This document shows, piece after piece, positions 48,004 to 56,687 of a DNA stretch of 64,000 nucleotides; position 1 is the first letter of the stretch, and each line of letters begins with the position of its first letter. Origin of the DNA: an uncultured Verrucomicrobiae bacterium (GTDB taxonomy: Bacteria; Verrucomicrobiota; Verrucomicrobiia; Limisphaerales; Palsa-1400); contig CAVXRD010000001.1 of the NCBI GenBank assembly GCA_963764165.1, positions 1,184,001-1,248,000 on the forward strand, read 5' to 3'. The position numbers were made by a program, and so were the translations under genes. The notes beneath the pieces are model-generated. The model saw only the letters and a list, made by a program, of their open reading frames with translations, ran no database searches and was not told the DNA's origin.

Positions 48004-49118
48004 TGAATATTCTAGGAATCATATTAGGCGTGGTTTTAGGCTGTGCTGTTCTGTTTGGATTAACATTCGGGGTGCGGCGTTATCTTGGCGTCGGTTGGGG
48101 CCGGGCCTCGGTCTTTCTGGTGGCGGCCATCGCCGCCGGAATTTTTGGCGGCTTTATCAGGGCGCACGAACCGGCGGCGCTGACGCCCCTGGAGCGGTGG
48201 GATAATTCAAATGAGAGCCGGGGGATGGCCTACGGCTGCGCAGGCCTGCTGACATCCATCTTGCTGCTCTTCGCCATCAAGCTCTATTCAAAGTGGATTG
48301 CCGGCACGACAAACGAACTGGAGAAGCGCGAGAATCTCGACGGCATTCGCGCCTGGCTGGGCGCGGCCAATGTATCCACCGTTGCCATTCTCGCGATTCT
48401 AGCGTGGCTGGCCTTTGACTATCCGCCTCTGGGCATCGGGCTGCTCGGATTGCTGGTCCTGCTGATATATCCTGGCATTAGATCCGCCTCGGCCCATGCC
48501 CGCGCCCAGGCGCCCGCGCCCGCCGCGGATCCCAATGCTCCGGAACGCCAGCGCGTGCTTAACATGCTTGACAACGGCAAGATCACGGCGGCCGAATGCG
48601 CCGAACTGCTGGCCGCGCTCAATTACTCGGAGAAAACGCAGTCAATCAAACAATCTCCCGCTTCCTCCCAGCCGCCCGGCTGGCTGCCGCTGGTCGGCGC
48701 GGCCGTATTGCTGATAGGGTTTTTCCTGCCGTGGTTTACGGTGAGGCCGGCCAGGGAATTCTCACAGACCTTGCAGCGTCTTGCGCCGCTTAATTCACCT
48801 TTCATCCAAAACTTCGACAGCGCAACCACGGTGCATATAGCCGGAGGCGACGTCTCGCACGGTCTGGGCTGGCTCGTTCTAGCGCTCGGCGTGGCAGTCG
48901 CTGCCTTCCCTTATTTTGCGGGCAATCTTAGCCCGACCATACGCCAGCGATGCATCCTGGCGGGATTGGGAGTTGGACTCTTTGTGCTGTTATACCTGGC
49001 GACCAACAACCTGCGCTTTGTGAGCGCAGGCTTATTGCTGGCAACCGCCGGCTACCTATTGCAGTTAGCCAGCGTCTTGCGCGGCGGGCAGTACCTGCCC
49101 GCAGTACCGGCAGCTTGA
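48003..49118 (+). CDS. Membrane protein with internal SHOCT-like domain
   Basis: Many TM segments; ERQRVLNMLDNGKITAAECAELLAAL; coupled to the DUF2089 gene (TAATG overlap). Confidence 0.75.
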   Translation: MNILGIILGVVLGCAVLFGLTFGVRRYLGVGWGRASVFLVAAIAAGIFGGFIRAHEPAALTPLERWDNSNESRGMAYGCAGLLTSILLLFAIKLYSKWIAGTTNELEKRENLDGIRAWLGAANVSTVAILAILAWLAFDYPPLGIGLLGLLVLLIYPGIRSASAHARAQAPAPAADPNAPERQRVLNMLDNGKITAAECAELLAALNYSEKTQSIKQSPASSQPPGWLPLVGAAVLLIGFFLPWFTVRPAREFSQTLQRLAPLNSPFIQNFDSATTVHIAGGDVSHGLGWLVLALGVAVAAFPYFAGNLSPTIRQRCILAGLGVGLFVLLYLATNNLRFVSAGLLLATAGYLLQLASVLRGGQYLPAVPAA

Positions 49119-49121
49119 CTA

Positions 49122-49484
49122 TCAGAGGCGCGACTTGCCAGCGGCTTTAGCTTTGGCCCAGCGGGCTTTGGCGGCAGCGGCGAGTTTGGCGCGAACGGCG
49201 GGACTGCGACGGCCATCTCTTTTCTTCGCAACGGGGGCTTCAGCGGCGGCAGGTTTGCCGGCCTTTACCTTGGCCCAACGGGCGCGAGCCGCGGCGGCAA
49301 TGCGCGCGCGAGCGGATGCGGACATGGTTCGCTTTCCAGTCTTAGCCGGAGCAACCGATGCGGGTGCGCTGGCGGGTGAGCCGGTAGCAATGGCTTCCAT
49401 TTCGCTTTCCAGCGATTCGATCTGCTGTCTGATAGCAATAATTCGGTTAAGCTGACTGGTGCTGAGTTCTGTAATTTTCATCAT
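49122..49484 (-). CDS. Small basic Ala/Lys/Arg-rich putative DNA-binding protein
   Basis: N-terminal coiled coil followed by two SxxxRAxxAAAAxARWAK repeats. Confidence 0.7.
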   Translation of the reverse strand: MMKITELSTSQLNRIIAIRQQIESLESEMEAIATGSPASAPASVAPAKTGKRTMSASARARIAAAARARWAKVKAGKPAAAEAPVAKKRDGRRSPAVRAKLAAAAKARWAKAKAAGKSRL

Positions 49485-49801
49485 GTGACGGCAATGTTGC
49501 ATTGAAAGCAGACAGTAGTCAACTACCTAAATCATTTTTTCTACTACTGCGGCCATTTTTCCTCAGTTTGACGAATATCTCCCCGGTAGGGCGAGACTCC
49601 GTCGAGCCGTGACATTGAACCAGCATCCCGGCAGGGATGCGAGCTTGCAGCCGGTGGTTGACCGAAGCGATACCACCGGAAAAACGCCCAATAGCTCCCG
49701 CCCATGCTGAAAGAATGCCAGCATGAATTGTCATACCCTCACGCGGCGGGCGTGACACAGAATTCTTCTGGCGGCCTTTTCATTAACACCCCGCTTCAGC
49801 G

Positions 49802-51324
49802 CTTGTCATTACCCATAAGTTCAACGGGCGTTTATTAGTTCAACTCCTTCTGCCATCCACATGAGCCGCTGCCAACCACGCCAGATGTTTTGCCAGCCCG
49901 GCTCTCCGTCGCTGCGGCGGCCGATGAATCCCCCCAGCCGCGCGACGGCTCGCAATAGCTCTCGATAGGTCCAGCATCCCGGCTTGGGCGCACCAAACCG
50001 TTTCTCCAGCAGCTTGATGGCCGCCGTCCCAAATGACTTCTCCTCCACCGGTTCATCGGGCTGTGCGCGCGCCAGCAATTTGAGGTTGAGCAAACGCACG
50101 GCCACCACCGCCAGAACCGCCACTAACGACTCGATGCGATTCTGCTTCTCCATTTGACTGGCCTCCGCGCCCGCTCCGCTCTTGAGGGCTTTGTGATATT
50201 CCTCGACCCACCACCGGGCGCAGTAGCGCCCAACGATTCTTTGGATTTCCGACCAGCGCTCACAAGGCAAGGAGGTCAGCAAAACCCAATGCAGCCCCTC
50301 TACTCCCTCCGGCGGCGCTGCTTCCCGCACCTCGATCGCATGGACGGTCAAACTTTCCATTCTCTGCCCGCCCCGGTAGGGCCCCTGCAAGGTGACCTTT
50401 AAGCAACGCCCCTCGACCACCGCCGTGCGCGCCGCCCTTCCAGGTCTGGCTCGCAGTTCCACCGCCATGCGTCCGCGGACGGATCCTTGCGCCAGCTTTT
50501 CCAAATAATGCTCGGGGCTTCCAGCCAGACGGCGGTCATGAAAGGCCCGAATGACAAAATCAACCCCCGCCATCAAGCAACGCTGGACCGGCTCATAAAA
50601 GTCCGCTTCCCGATCGGCCAGGTAGATCCATCGGCAGTCCGCACTGCGGGCCGGGGGAATTTCCCGCAGCACGCTGGCCCACCGGTCTGACTCGCGCTGG
50701 CGGTCCTGCGTCTGCCGCCGGGTCAGGTCCCGGTGGCGATACAATTGTTGACGGTTCCAGCACTGCTGATCCAGCAATCCGATGGCCACGCCCTCGGGCC
50801 GCTGATTCAAGTCCCAGCCTTCCACGCGCACCGCCAGAGTGGTGTGCAGAAAAAAGCCTCGCCCATCCTGGCTGGTCAGGCCCATGTCCTCGCAGCAACG
50901 CCCTGTAAAATCCAATGGGGTCGTGTCCTCCACTAGCAAATACTCTCCGGGGCGGCAGCATTCCTGGCGCACGCGCTGGCGATGGGGACTCTGGATTTGT
51001 TCAAAGCCGTTGCGCGGATCGGCGAAAAACCGATACGCGCCTTTTAAATCGGCCCACTCTGGAAAGGCCTGAGGCAGCGTGCCGCCAGGGTGGGCGGCTA
51101 GATGATCACCAATACTCACCAGGCGCTTAGAGTAGCGGGCATCGTGAAGGGGCGCACCTGCAAATTCCAGTTGCGCCCACTGTGCGGACGGAAGCAAATG
51201 TGTATGCATAAGCTGCCACCGTACAGAAATCTACTTGACGTACAAGCCCTAAGTCGTTGTTTGCGAAGGAATTAGAAATTAGACAACCTAATACATGCTC
51301 GCTTTACTTGTGGGTAATGACAAG
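49802..51324 (-). mobile_element. IS4-family (IS50/Tn5-like) insertion sequence, 1523 bp
   Basis: TIRs cttgtcattacccataagt / acttgtgggtaatgacaag (18/19); TSD cgcttcagcg (49792-49801, 51325-51334). Confidence 0.93.
49821..51209 (-). CDS. IS4-family (Tn5-like) DDE transposase
   Basis: KGAYRFF, VEDTT, ADREAD, WVLLTS, YCARWWVEEYHKALKSG (YREK-type), ARLGGF...EPG. Confidence 0.94.
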   Translation of the reverse strand: MHTHLLPSAQWAQLEFAGAPLHDARYSKRLVSIGDHLAAHPGGTLPQAFPEWADLKGAYRFFADPRNGFEQIQSPHRQRVRQECCRPGEYLLVEDTTPLDFTGRCCEDMGLTSQDGRGFFLHTTLAVRVEGWDLNQRPEGVAIGLLDQQCWNRQQLYRHRDLTRRQTQDRQRESDRWASVLREIPPARSADCRWIYLADREADFYEPVQRCLMAGVDFVIRAFHDRRLAGSPEHYLEKLAQGSVRGRMAVELRARPGRAARTAVVEGRCLKVTLQGPYRGGQRMESLTVHAIEVREAAPPEGVEGLHWVLLTSLPCERWSEIQRIVGRYCARWWVEEYHKALKSGAGAEASQMEKQNRIESLVAVLAVVAVRLLNLKLLARAQPDEPVEEKSFGTAAIKLLEKRFGAPKPGCWTYRELLRAVARLGGFIGRRSDGEPGWQNIWRGWQRLMWMAEGVELINAR

Positions 51325-52190
51325 CGCTTCAGCGGGGTGGTGGTCCAAGGCTGAGGAGAGAGAAACCGTTTTAACGGTTTCTAACGCCGCAAGAGGACAT
51401 ACTCGGATGAGGTAAAATGGCTGGCGGAGCGCTACGGGTCGAATTGGCGCGATGACAAAACCGTTGAAACGGTTTTTGCGGTTCAGGCCGCGCCCACACC
51501 CCGCTGAAGCGGGGTGTTAATGAACGGAACGATGAGCGCAATTTGCGCCTGTATATAAATTCATCCCGCTACTGTGGGGGGAAATTAACGTTTGGAAGAA
51601 TGTTGTTTCACACCCTCACGCGGCTTTCATCCCTGCCGGGGTGAGTCATTATTATCGCGAAAACCGCCCTACCGTGCCTGTTTTTGAAAAAAAAAGTGAA
51701 AAAATCGTGCTAAAAAACCTCTGGTAGGTTTTCTGTCCCGCCGCGGAAGTGCAAAAGTAGGCCCGATGAGTAACAAAACACTCATAAATGCGTCGCGGCG
51801 CCATGCCGAAGCTTGCCTCCGCGAAAGCGGCATGGCGGGAGCAGCCAGCCAAAAATGGGTGAGAAGCGCCAATGAACTAATTGAAGCGCAAAGTGCGTCC
51901 GCGGAATATGCCGGAGGCATCACAACGATAAGAATGACCCATCCTGGCAGGGATGGCAGCCGCGGGGTGCTTCGGATGTTCTGCTGGCATCCTTTCAGGA
52001 TGCTGGGGTTATTGGACGTTTTTCCGGTGGTATCGCTTCGCTCAACCACCGGCTGCAAGCCTGCATCCCTGCCGGGATGCGGCCACCGCATTCAACAGAC
52101 AGGCTCATTGGCAGCCTTCAGCCTAGAATTGGCGAAAAGCGCCCATGACCATTTTCAACCAAAAACTAATCAAACCAAGGATTAACACTT

Positions 52191-52784
52191 ATGACTCGTG
52201 TAGGAAAAATTGCCCGTTTGCCCAAAGACATCCGCGATGTCGTCAATAAAAGACTTCTGGATGGCCACCCCGCTGCCGAAATCATCGCATGGCTCAATGA
52301 ACAGCCTGCCGTCAAAACGGTGCTGGAAGAGGAATTTGATGGCGAAGCCATTAGCCCAAAAAATGTAAGCAACTGGAAAAATGGCGGCTATCATGATTGG
52401 AGAGAGGAAATCGAAGCCCTTTCCTCGCGCAGCGGCGGCATCGCCTCCTTCATCAACAGGGTCAGTGCCGTCAAACTCATCGCCAAGTCAGAGCTGCCGG
52501 AGGATATTTCCCTATTTCTAGCCGCAACGCTGGCTGTTGAGTGCGAGCAGCTTGATTATATAGCCGACGAAGAAGAACGGATGAAGGCGCTGGGCGCGCT
52601 GCTTGACGCTTATGCCCAATTGCGCGGGGCTGACTTGAATGGAAGCAAATATAATCTGGAACGCCAGAAGCTGGAAGACCTCAAGCAAGCAGCCGAGCGC
52701 CGCCTCAAAGAGCAAGCCCCCAAACAGCCCATGAACCCAAATGAAAAGCAAGTGCGCATCCGTCAAATACTGGGGACGGAATAA
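52191..52784 (+). CDS. Putative Mu gp27/DUF3486-like DNA-binding protein
   Basis: GKIARLPKDIRDVVNKRL...EIIAWLN...ISPKNVSNW resembles the Mu-like gp27 N terminus (recall, not searched). Confidence 0.55.
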   Translation: MTRVGKIARLPKDIRDVVNKRLLDGHPAAEIIAWLNEQPAVKTVLEEEFDGEAISPKNVSNWKNGGYHDWREEIEALSSRSGGIASFINRVSAVKLIAKSELPEDISLFLAATLAVECEQLDYIADEEERMKALGALLDAYAQLRGADLNGSKYNLERQKLEDLKQAAERRLKEQAPKQPMNPNEKQVRIRQILGTE

Positions 52785-52794
52785 GGCAAGAGCT

Positions 52795-52844
52795 ATGTCA
52801 CCAATTCCCGGCAAATGTCACCAAATGTCAGCAAATGTAACCTG
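52795..52844 (+). repeat. Five tandem 10-nt repeats (consensus ATGTCACCAA)
   Basis: atgtcaccaa ttcccggcaa atgtcaccaa atgtcagcaa atgtaacctg, starting 11 nt after the stop codon. Confidence 0.75.
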
Positions 52845-52855
52845 ATTTTTGAAAA

Positions 52856-53437
52856 ATGAATTCTTCCAAAACGGAACGCAAACCGAAGGCGCATTCACGT
52901 CCGCATCCGCAGACGGAAATCGCCGCCCAGCCGTCGGCATCTTCACCCCGGACTGGCGCAGAAACACCAGGCGCCGCCGCGCTCATAGAGTCGCTGGATT
53001 CGCTGGCGCGCAAGCTCGATAGCTTCTCGGCCGCGTTGGCGGAACTTATGACTGTTCCCGTGAATGCGACAACCGGCAATACAACGGCCGCCGCGAATTC
53101 TCTTTCCGGCCCCAGTGCTATTCCCGGTTCCGCTGCGCCAGCCGGACAATCGTCTTTGCCGGATAGTTCATCACTCCGGGGCGCGCCCGATCCGGCTAGC
53201 TTGCAAAGCAGCGCCGCCAAAGTGTCGAGCCTTGTTGACAAAGCATCGCAAAGCCGCGGCGCATGGGCACAGCAGGCAGGCGCCATTCAAAGTTCTCTGG
53301 AAGCAATCATGGCGTTCCTGGAAAGCGAAGCAGCCATGGAAGAACCAAAGATGGATCTTTCAGACATCATGAGCCGCCTTGGCAATTTGGAGGAACAGCA
53401 GCGCAACCTGCAAATGCAAGTCAACGCCGGCCGTTAA
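52856..53437 (+). CDS. Hypothetical Ser/Ala-rich coiled-coil protein
   Basis: 193-aa ORF filling the gap and convergent with the kinase gene. Confidence 0.5.
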   Translation: MNSSKTERKPKAHSRPHPQTEIAAQPSASSPRTGAETPGAAALIESLDSLARKLDSFSAALAELMTVPVNATTGNTTAAANSLSGPSAIPGSAAPAGQSSLPDSSSLRGAPDPASLQSSAAKVSSLVDKASQSRGAWAQQAGAIQSSLEAIMAFLESEAAMEEPKMDLSDIMSRLGNLEEQQRNLQMQVNAGR

Positions 53438-53440
53438 ATG

Positions 53441-54532
53441 TCAAATAGAACCTACCAATCGATTCATGGCATCGGATTGCTGCCCGATGGATTCCACCAA
53501 TTTGAATTGGGTGCGGCAGCGATCAAGATTATGACCTTCGCGATGCACTTTGAAATAGGTGTCGCCGGAAAGAAAATCGGTCAGGAATCGCAGGCCGATC
53601 TCGAAGGTGATGACCTTCCCCGCCACCGGCAGCAGCGCCTTTTCCGCGGACGTCAGGAACCCGGCGGCGGTGGAGAGATAACCGCGAGCCAGGGCCTCGA
53701 ACATCGGAAACTGCATGCCCACCTTGGACAAATCGCGCTCGTCTTCCTTGGTGGGGCTGGTCGTGGTGCGGACCATGTCGCCAAAATCATAAAGCGCCAG
53801 GCCCGGCATGACAGTGTCGAGATCGATGACGCAAATCCCCTCGCCGGACGCGTTGTCAAGCATGACGTTGTTGAGCTTGGTGTCGTTGTGGGTCACGCGC
53901 TCGGGCAATTGGGCGTCAAGCAAAAGGCTGGCCATCGACTTGTTGGCAAGGGCGAATTCTATCTCGCTCTTGGCAAGGGAGGCCCGGTTAACTGCGTCGG
54001 ATTCCACCGCCTTCTCAAAGGCGGCAAAGCGTTTTGGAGTGTGATGGAAATCCGGGATGGTATCGTGCAGGCGCGGCGCAGGAAGATCCGCCAGGTGTTT
54101 CTGGAACGCGCCAAAAGAACTCGCGGCTTGGAATGCCTGGCCCGGGTTTTCCACCGCGTCAAACGTTTGCGCCCGCTCGATAAACAAATAAACACGCCAA
54201 AAATTCCCGTCCGCATCGTGGTAAAACGAAATTCCGCCGCGGGCGGGAACCAGCGTCAGCGCGCGGCGATCGGCATCCGCCATCCCCGCGCATTTTTTCC
54301 CGATGTGCGAGGTGACGCGCTGGATGTTTTCCATCAGTGCCGCCGGATTCTTGAAAATCAGATGGTTGATGCGCTGAAGGATGTAGCGGGCGCGCGAGCC
54401 GCCTTGCTCGAATATGGCGCAATAGGTGTCATTGATATGGCCGCTGCCGTAAGGCATGGCGGAAATGAACTGGCCCGGCAGCTCAAACTGCGCGGCGACG
54501 GCACGAACATCGTGTTTGGGATTAGAAAGCAC
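53441..54532 (-). CDS. Aminoglycoside-phosphotransferase-family kinase (N-acetylhexosamine 1-kinase-like)
   Basis: YGSGHINDTY, ILQRIN, RVTHNDTKLNN, VIDLDTVMPG, YDFGD. Confidence 0.88.
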   Translation of the reverse strand: MLSNPKHDVRAVAAQFELPGQFISAMPYGSGHINDTYCAIFEQGGSRARYILQRINHLIFKNPAALMENIQRVTSHIGKKCAGMADADRRALTLVPARGGISFYHDADGNFWRVYLFIERAQTFDAVENPGQAFQAASSFGAFQKHLADLPAPRLHDTIPDFHHTPKRFAAFEKAVESDAVNRASLAKSEIEFALANKSMASLLLDAQLPERVTHNDTKLNNVMLDNASGEGICVIDLDTVMPGLALYDFGDMVRTTTSPTKEDERDLSKVGMQFPMFEALARGYLSTAAGFLTSAEKALLPVAGKVITFEIGLRFLTDFLSGDTYFKVHREGHNLDRCRTQFKLVESIGQQSDAMNRLVGSI

Positions 54533-54796
54533 GAGGTCTTTTGTAACAACAGCGTCACACGGCGTCCAGCGATTCGCGGGGGAAAGAAAATTGAATCTGG
54601 AACTCAGGAACGCAGGAAAAGAGGCTTAAATCCGCAACTTCGCTCCTTTATCGTTTGCAAGACCTTCCAGCTAACGCGGCTCCGCCGAGCCAATGCGCCA
54701 ACAATATCTTCGCATCCATTTGCAAGCGAAACTGAAATGAAATCCCGTCCAGATTCCTCCGTTCCTGATTTCGTGAGTTCCAGATTATTTAATTCC

Positions 54797-56569
54797 TCAT
54801 TCCAGGTCGAAGCCGATGGAGCGCATCAAGGCCAGCGCGTTGCTCTTCTCCACCACGCCGGGGCGCAATTTGTAGTCAAACAAAAGCTTCCCATCGGCGA
54901 ACTGGTCTTCAAAATGGAAATTCGCGCCGGGAGGGTTGACTTCCGACGCGACTTCCGTCAGCGCCAGGTCGTGCGTGGTCATCATGCCAATCGCGCCATG
55001 CCGCACCAGCATCTTGGCGATGTGGGCCGCGCCGATGCGGCGGTCGTGCGAATTGGTGCCCGACAATACTTCGTCAATAAGAAACAAAACCGGCGCCCTC
55101 TTCTCCGTCAAGTCCGCGATTTGCCGCAGGCGCTTGATCTCGGCGTAGAAGCGCGAAATGCCGTCCTGGAGAGAATCCGCCGTGCGCATCGACGCGCCGA
55201 TCATCATGGGCGTGGCGCGGAATTTTCGCGCCCGCACCGGCGCGCCCGCCATCGCCAGCACGAGGTTCGTTCCAACGGAGCGCATCCATGTGCTCTTGCC
55301 GGACATGTTGGATCCGCTGATGACGATGAACGGATGGGCCGCGCTCAGATGCGCGTCGTTCCGCACCGAGCGCCCCTCCGGCAGCAGCGGATGCCCAAGG
55401 CCTTCCGCCTCGATTTCGGGCGATCTTGTGTCAATACTTATTTCTGGCATGACGTCGCTGGGATGCTCGAAGGTGTAGGCGCCCAGCGCGAAAATCGTCT
55501 CCATTTCGCCCAGCGAATCGAGCCAGCCGGCGACATGTTTTCCGTGCTGCACCCGCCATTTCTCGACCATGAATCCCAACTGCGTTTTGAGAAGAACCAA
55601 TGGGCCCAGGACAGCGAGCACCTTGTTCTCGTCCGAGTTCATCCAATCGACCGTCTTCGCCACCCGCCGCAAGGCAAGCGAGGCCGCGCCTCCGCCAATC
55701 TTCCACGCCAATTGGAGTTGCCGGAGCCGGGCGGATTCAAATTTCTCCCCTTCCAAACATTCGATCAAATTGGCCAGCGAGAACAATTCCTTCGAGGTGG
55801 TTTTCATCTCGTCGACCACGCGCGTCGTCCTCTTTTTGAACATGCCGGACAGGACGATTTGCGCCAGCAGCGCGAATCCATAGAGGCGGTATTGCCCCAT
55901 GGCCAGCAGCGACCAGGTGATGATCGGCAGGAAAAGCATCGCAAAGCGAGTGGCAGGACTTGCGGGCGCGGCTGGCGCATTGGCCCAAGCCAGCAGCGCC
56001 GCGGTGCGAATCTGCGCCGTCTGCAAAATAATGCTGGCCGCGAGCTTTTCTTGCAGGCCGACTTTGCCGCTCGACTCTTTGACCGCGCCCTGGCGCAAGG
56101 CGATGTTTTCCGGCGTGGAGGGATTGGCCAGCCACTGCGCGAGGCGCGTCTTGCCGGATTGGGTTTGCGTCGTGTCCAGCAATTCAAAAACGCTGCCTGG
56201 GCCGAAAATATCCAGGTCCGCGGCGTAAGGGTGTTCCCTGTCAAGAAATTCCGTGCCGGGCGAGCCTTTGCCCATCCATTGGCCTCGCAACCGGTCAAGC
56301 CCGCGCCGATAAAAACCGGCCATCTGCCGCGCGGCATCGCGGGCGGCGAGAATGCGATCATGCAGATACGCCGTCGTGAAAATGCCCGCGATCAATCCCG
56401 CGATGAGAAGACCCACCGGCACGAGATTGCGCAGGAAAATCACCAGCCCCAGCAATGCAGCGATGATGAGCAAATTCCAATTCCCGGCGCGGAGATGCCG
56501 CTCGTCGTGGCGTTCCGCCTCGAGCGTCCATCGCGCCATGCGCGCTTCATATTCTTGCAGTGGATCCAT
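54797..56569 (-). CDS. MutS-related ATPase (domain V only) with N-terminal membrane segments
   Basis: SGSNMSGKSTW, DSLQDGISRFYAE, FLIDEVLSGTN, TTHDL; no mismatch-recognition domain. Confidence 0.88.
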   Translation of the reverse strand: MDPLQEYEARMARWTLEAERHDERHLRAGNWNLLIIAALLGLVIFLRNLVPVGLLIAGLIAGIFTTAYLHDRILAARDAARQMAGFYRRGLDRLRGQWMGKGSPGTEFLDREHPYAADLDIFGPGSVFELLDTTQTQSGKTRLAQWLANPSTPENIALRQGAVKESSGKVGLQEKLAASIILQTAQIRTAALLAWANAPAAPASPATRFAMLFLPIITWSLLAMGQYRLYGFALLAQIVLSGMFKKRTTRVVDEMKTTSKELFSLANLIECLEGEKFESARLRQLQLAWKIGGGAASLALRRVAKTVDWMNSDENKVLAVLGPLVLLKTQLGFMVEKWRVQHGKHVAGWLDSLGEMETIFALGAYTFEHPSDVMPEISIDTRSPEIEAEGLGHPLLPEGRSVRNDAHLSAAHPFIVISGSNMSGKSTWMRSVGTNLVLAMAGAPVRARKFRATPMMIGASMRTADSLQDGISRFYAEIKRLRQIADLTEKRAPVLFLIDEVLSGTNSHDRRIGAAHIAKMLVRHGAIGMMTTHDLALTEVASEVNPPGANFHFEDQFADGKLLFDYKLRPGVVEKSNALALMRSIGFDLE

Positions 56570-56687
56570 GAGACCTCCGCACGCTGCCCGATTTCAGGAA
56601 ATTCGTCATGCAAGATCGGCAGTTTTCTGGCGGAGTGATGAATGCGAGCGAGCTTGTGGTCGCGAAGCAAGGTAGGGACGCCTCGCC

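Larger units (their letters stand above)
49780..51523. repeat. REPIN family H (tcattaacaccccgcttcagcggggtg doublet); first arm split by IS4
   Basis: Intact inverted partner at 51497-51523; internal aaaccgttNNaacggttt hairpins near 51364 and 51457. Confidence 0.8.
49623..52080. repeat. ~100-bp inverted arms (49623-49722 / 51983-52080) enclosing nested palindromes and the IS4 element
   Basis: gcatcccggcagggatgc...agccggtggttga(c/g)cgaagcgataccaccggaaaaacg...gatgccagc occurs on opposite strands; inner inverted pair at 51611-51657 / 51926-51969. Confidence 0.75.

Noticed and set aside
51766..52185. 139-aa ORF upstream of the gp27-like gene
   Set aside because: Much of it is translated palindromic repeat arms with no recognisable domain; a short real peptide cannot be excluded.
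44977..53437. Intact prophage
   Set aside because: Only isolated phage-like regulators are present, interspersed with host genes; there are no integrase, capsid, portal or tail genes.
53438..56638. 1066-aa + strand ORF
   Set aside because: It lies antisense to two well-supported genes (kinase and MutS-like), has no motifs and is Arg/His-rich, as expected for a GC-rich shadow ORF.
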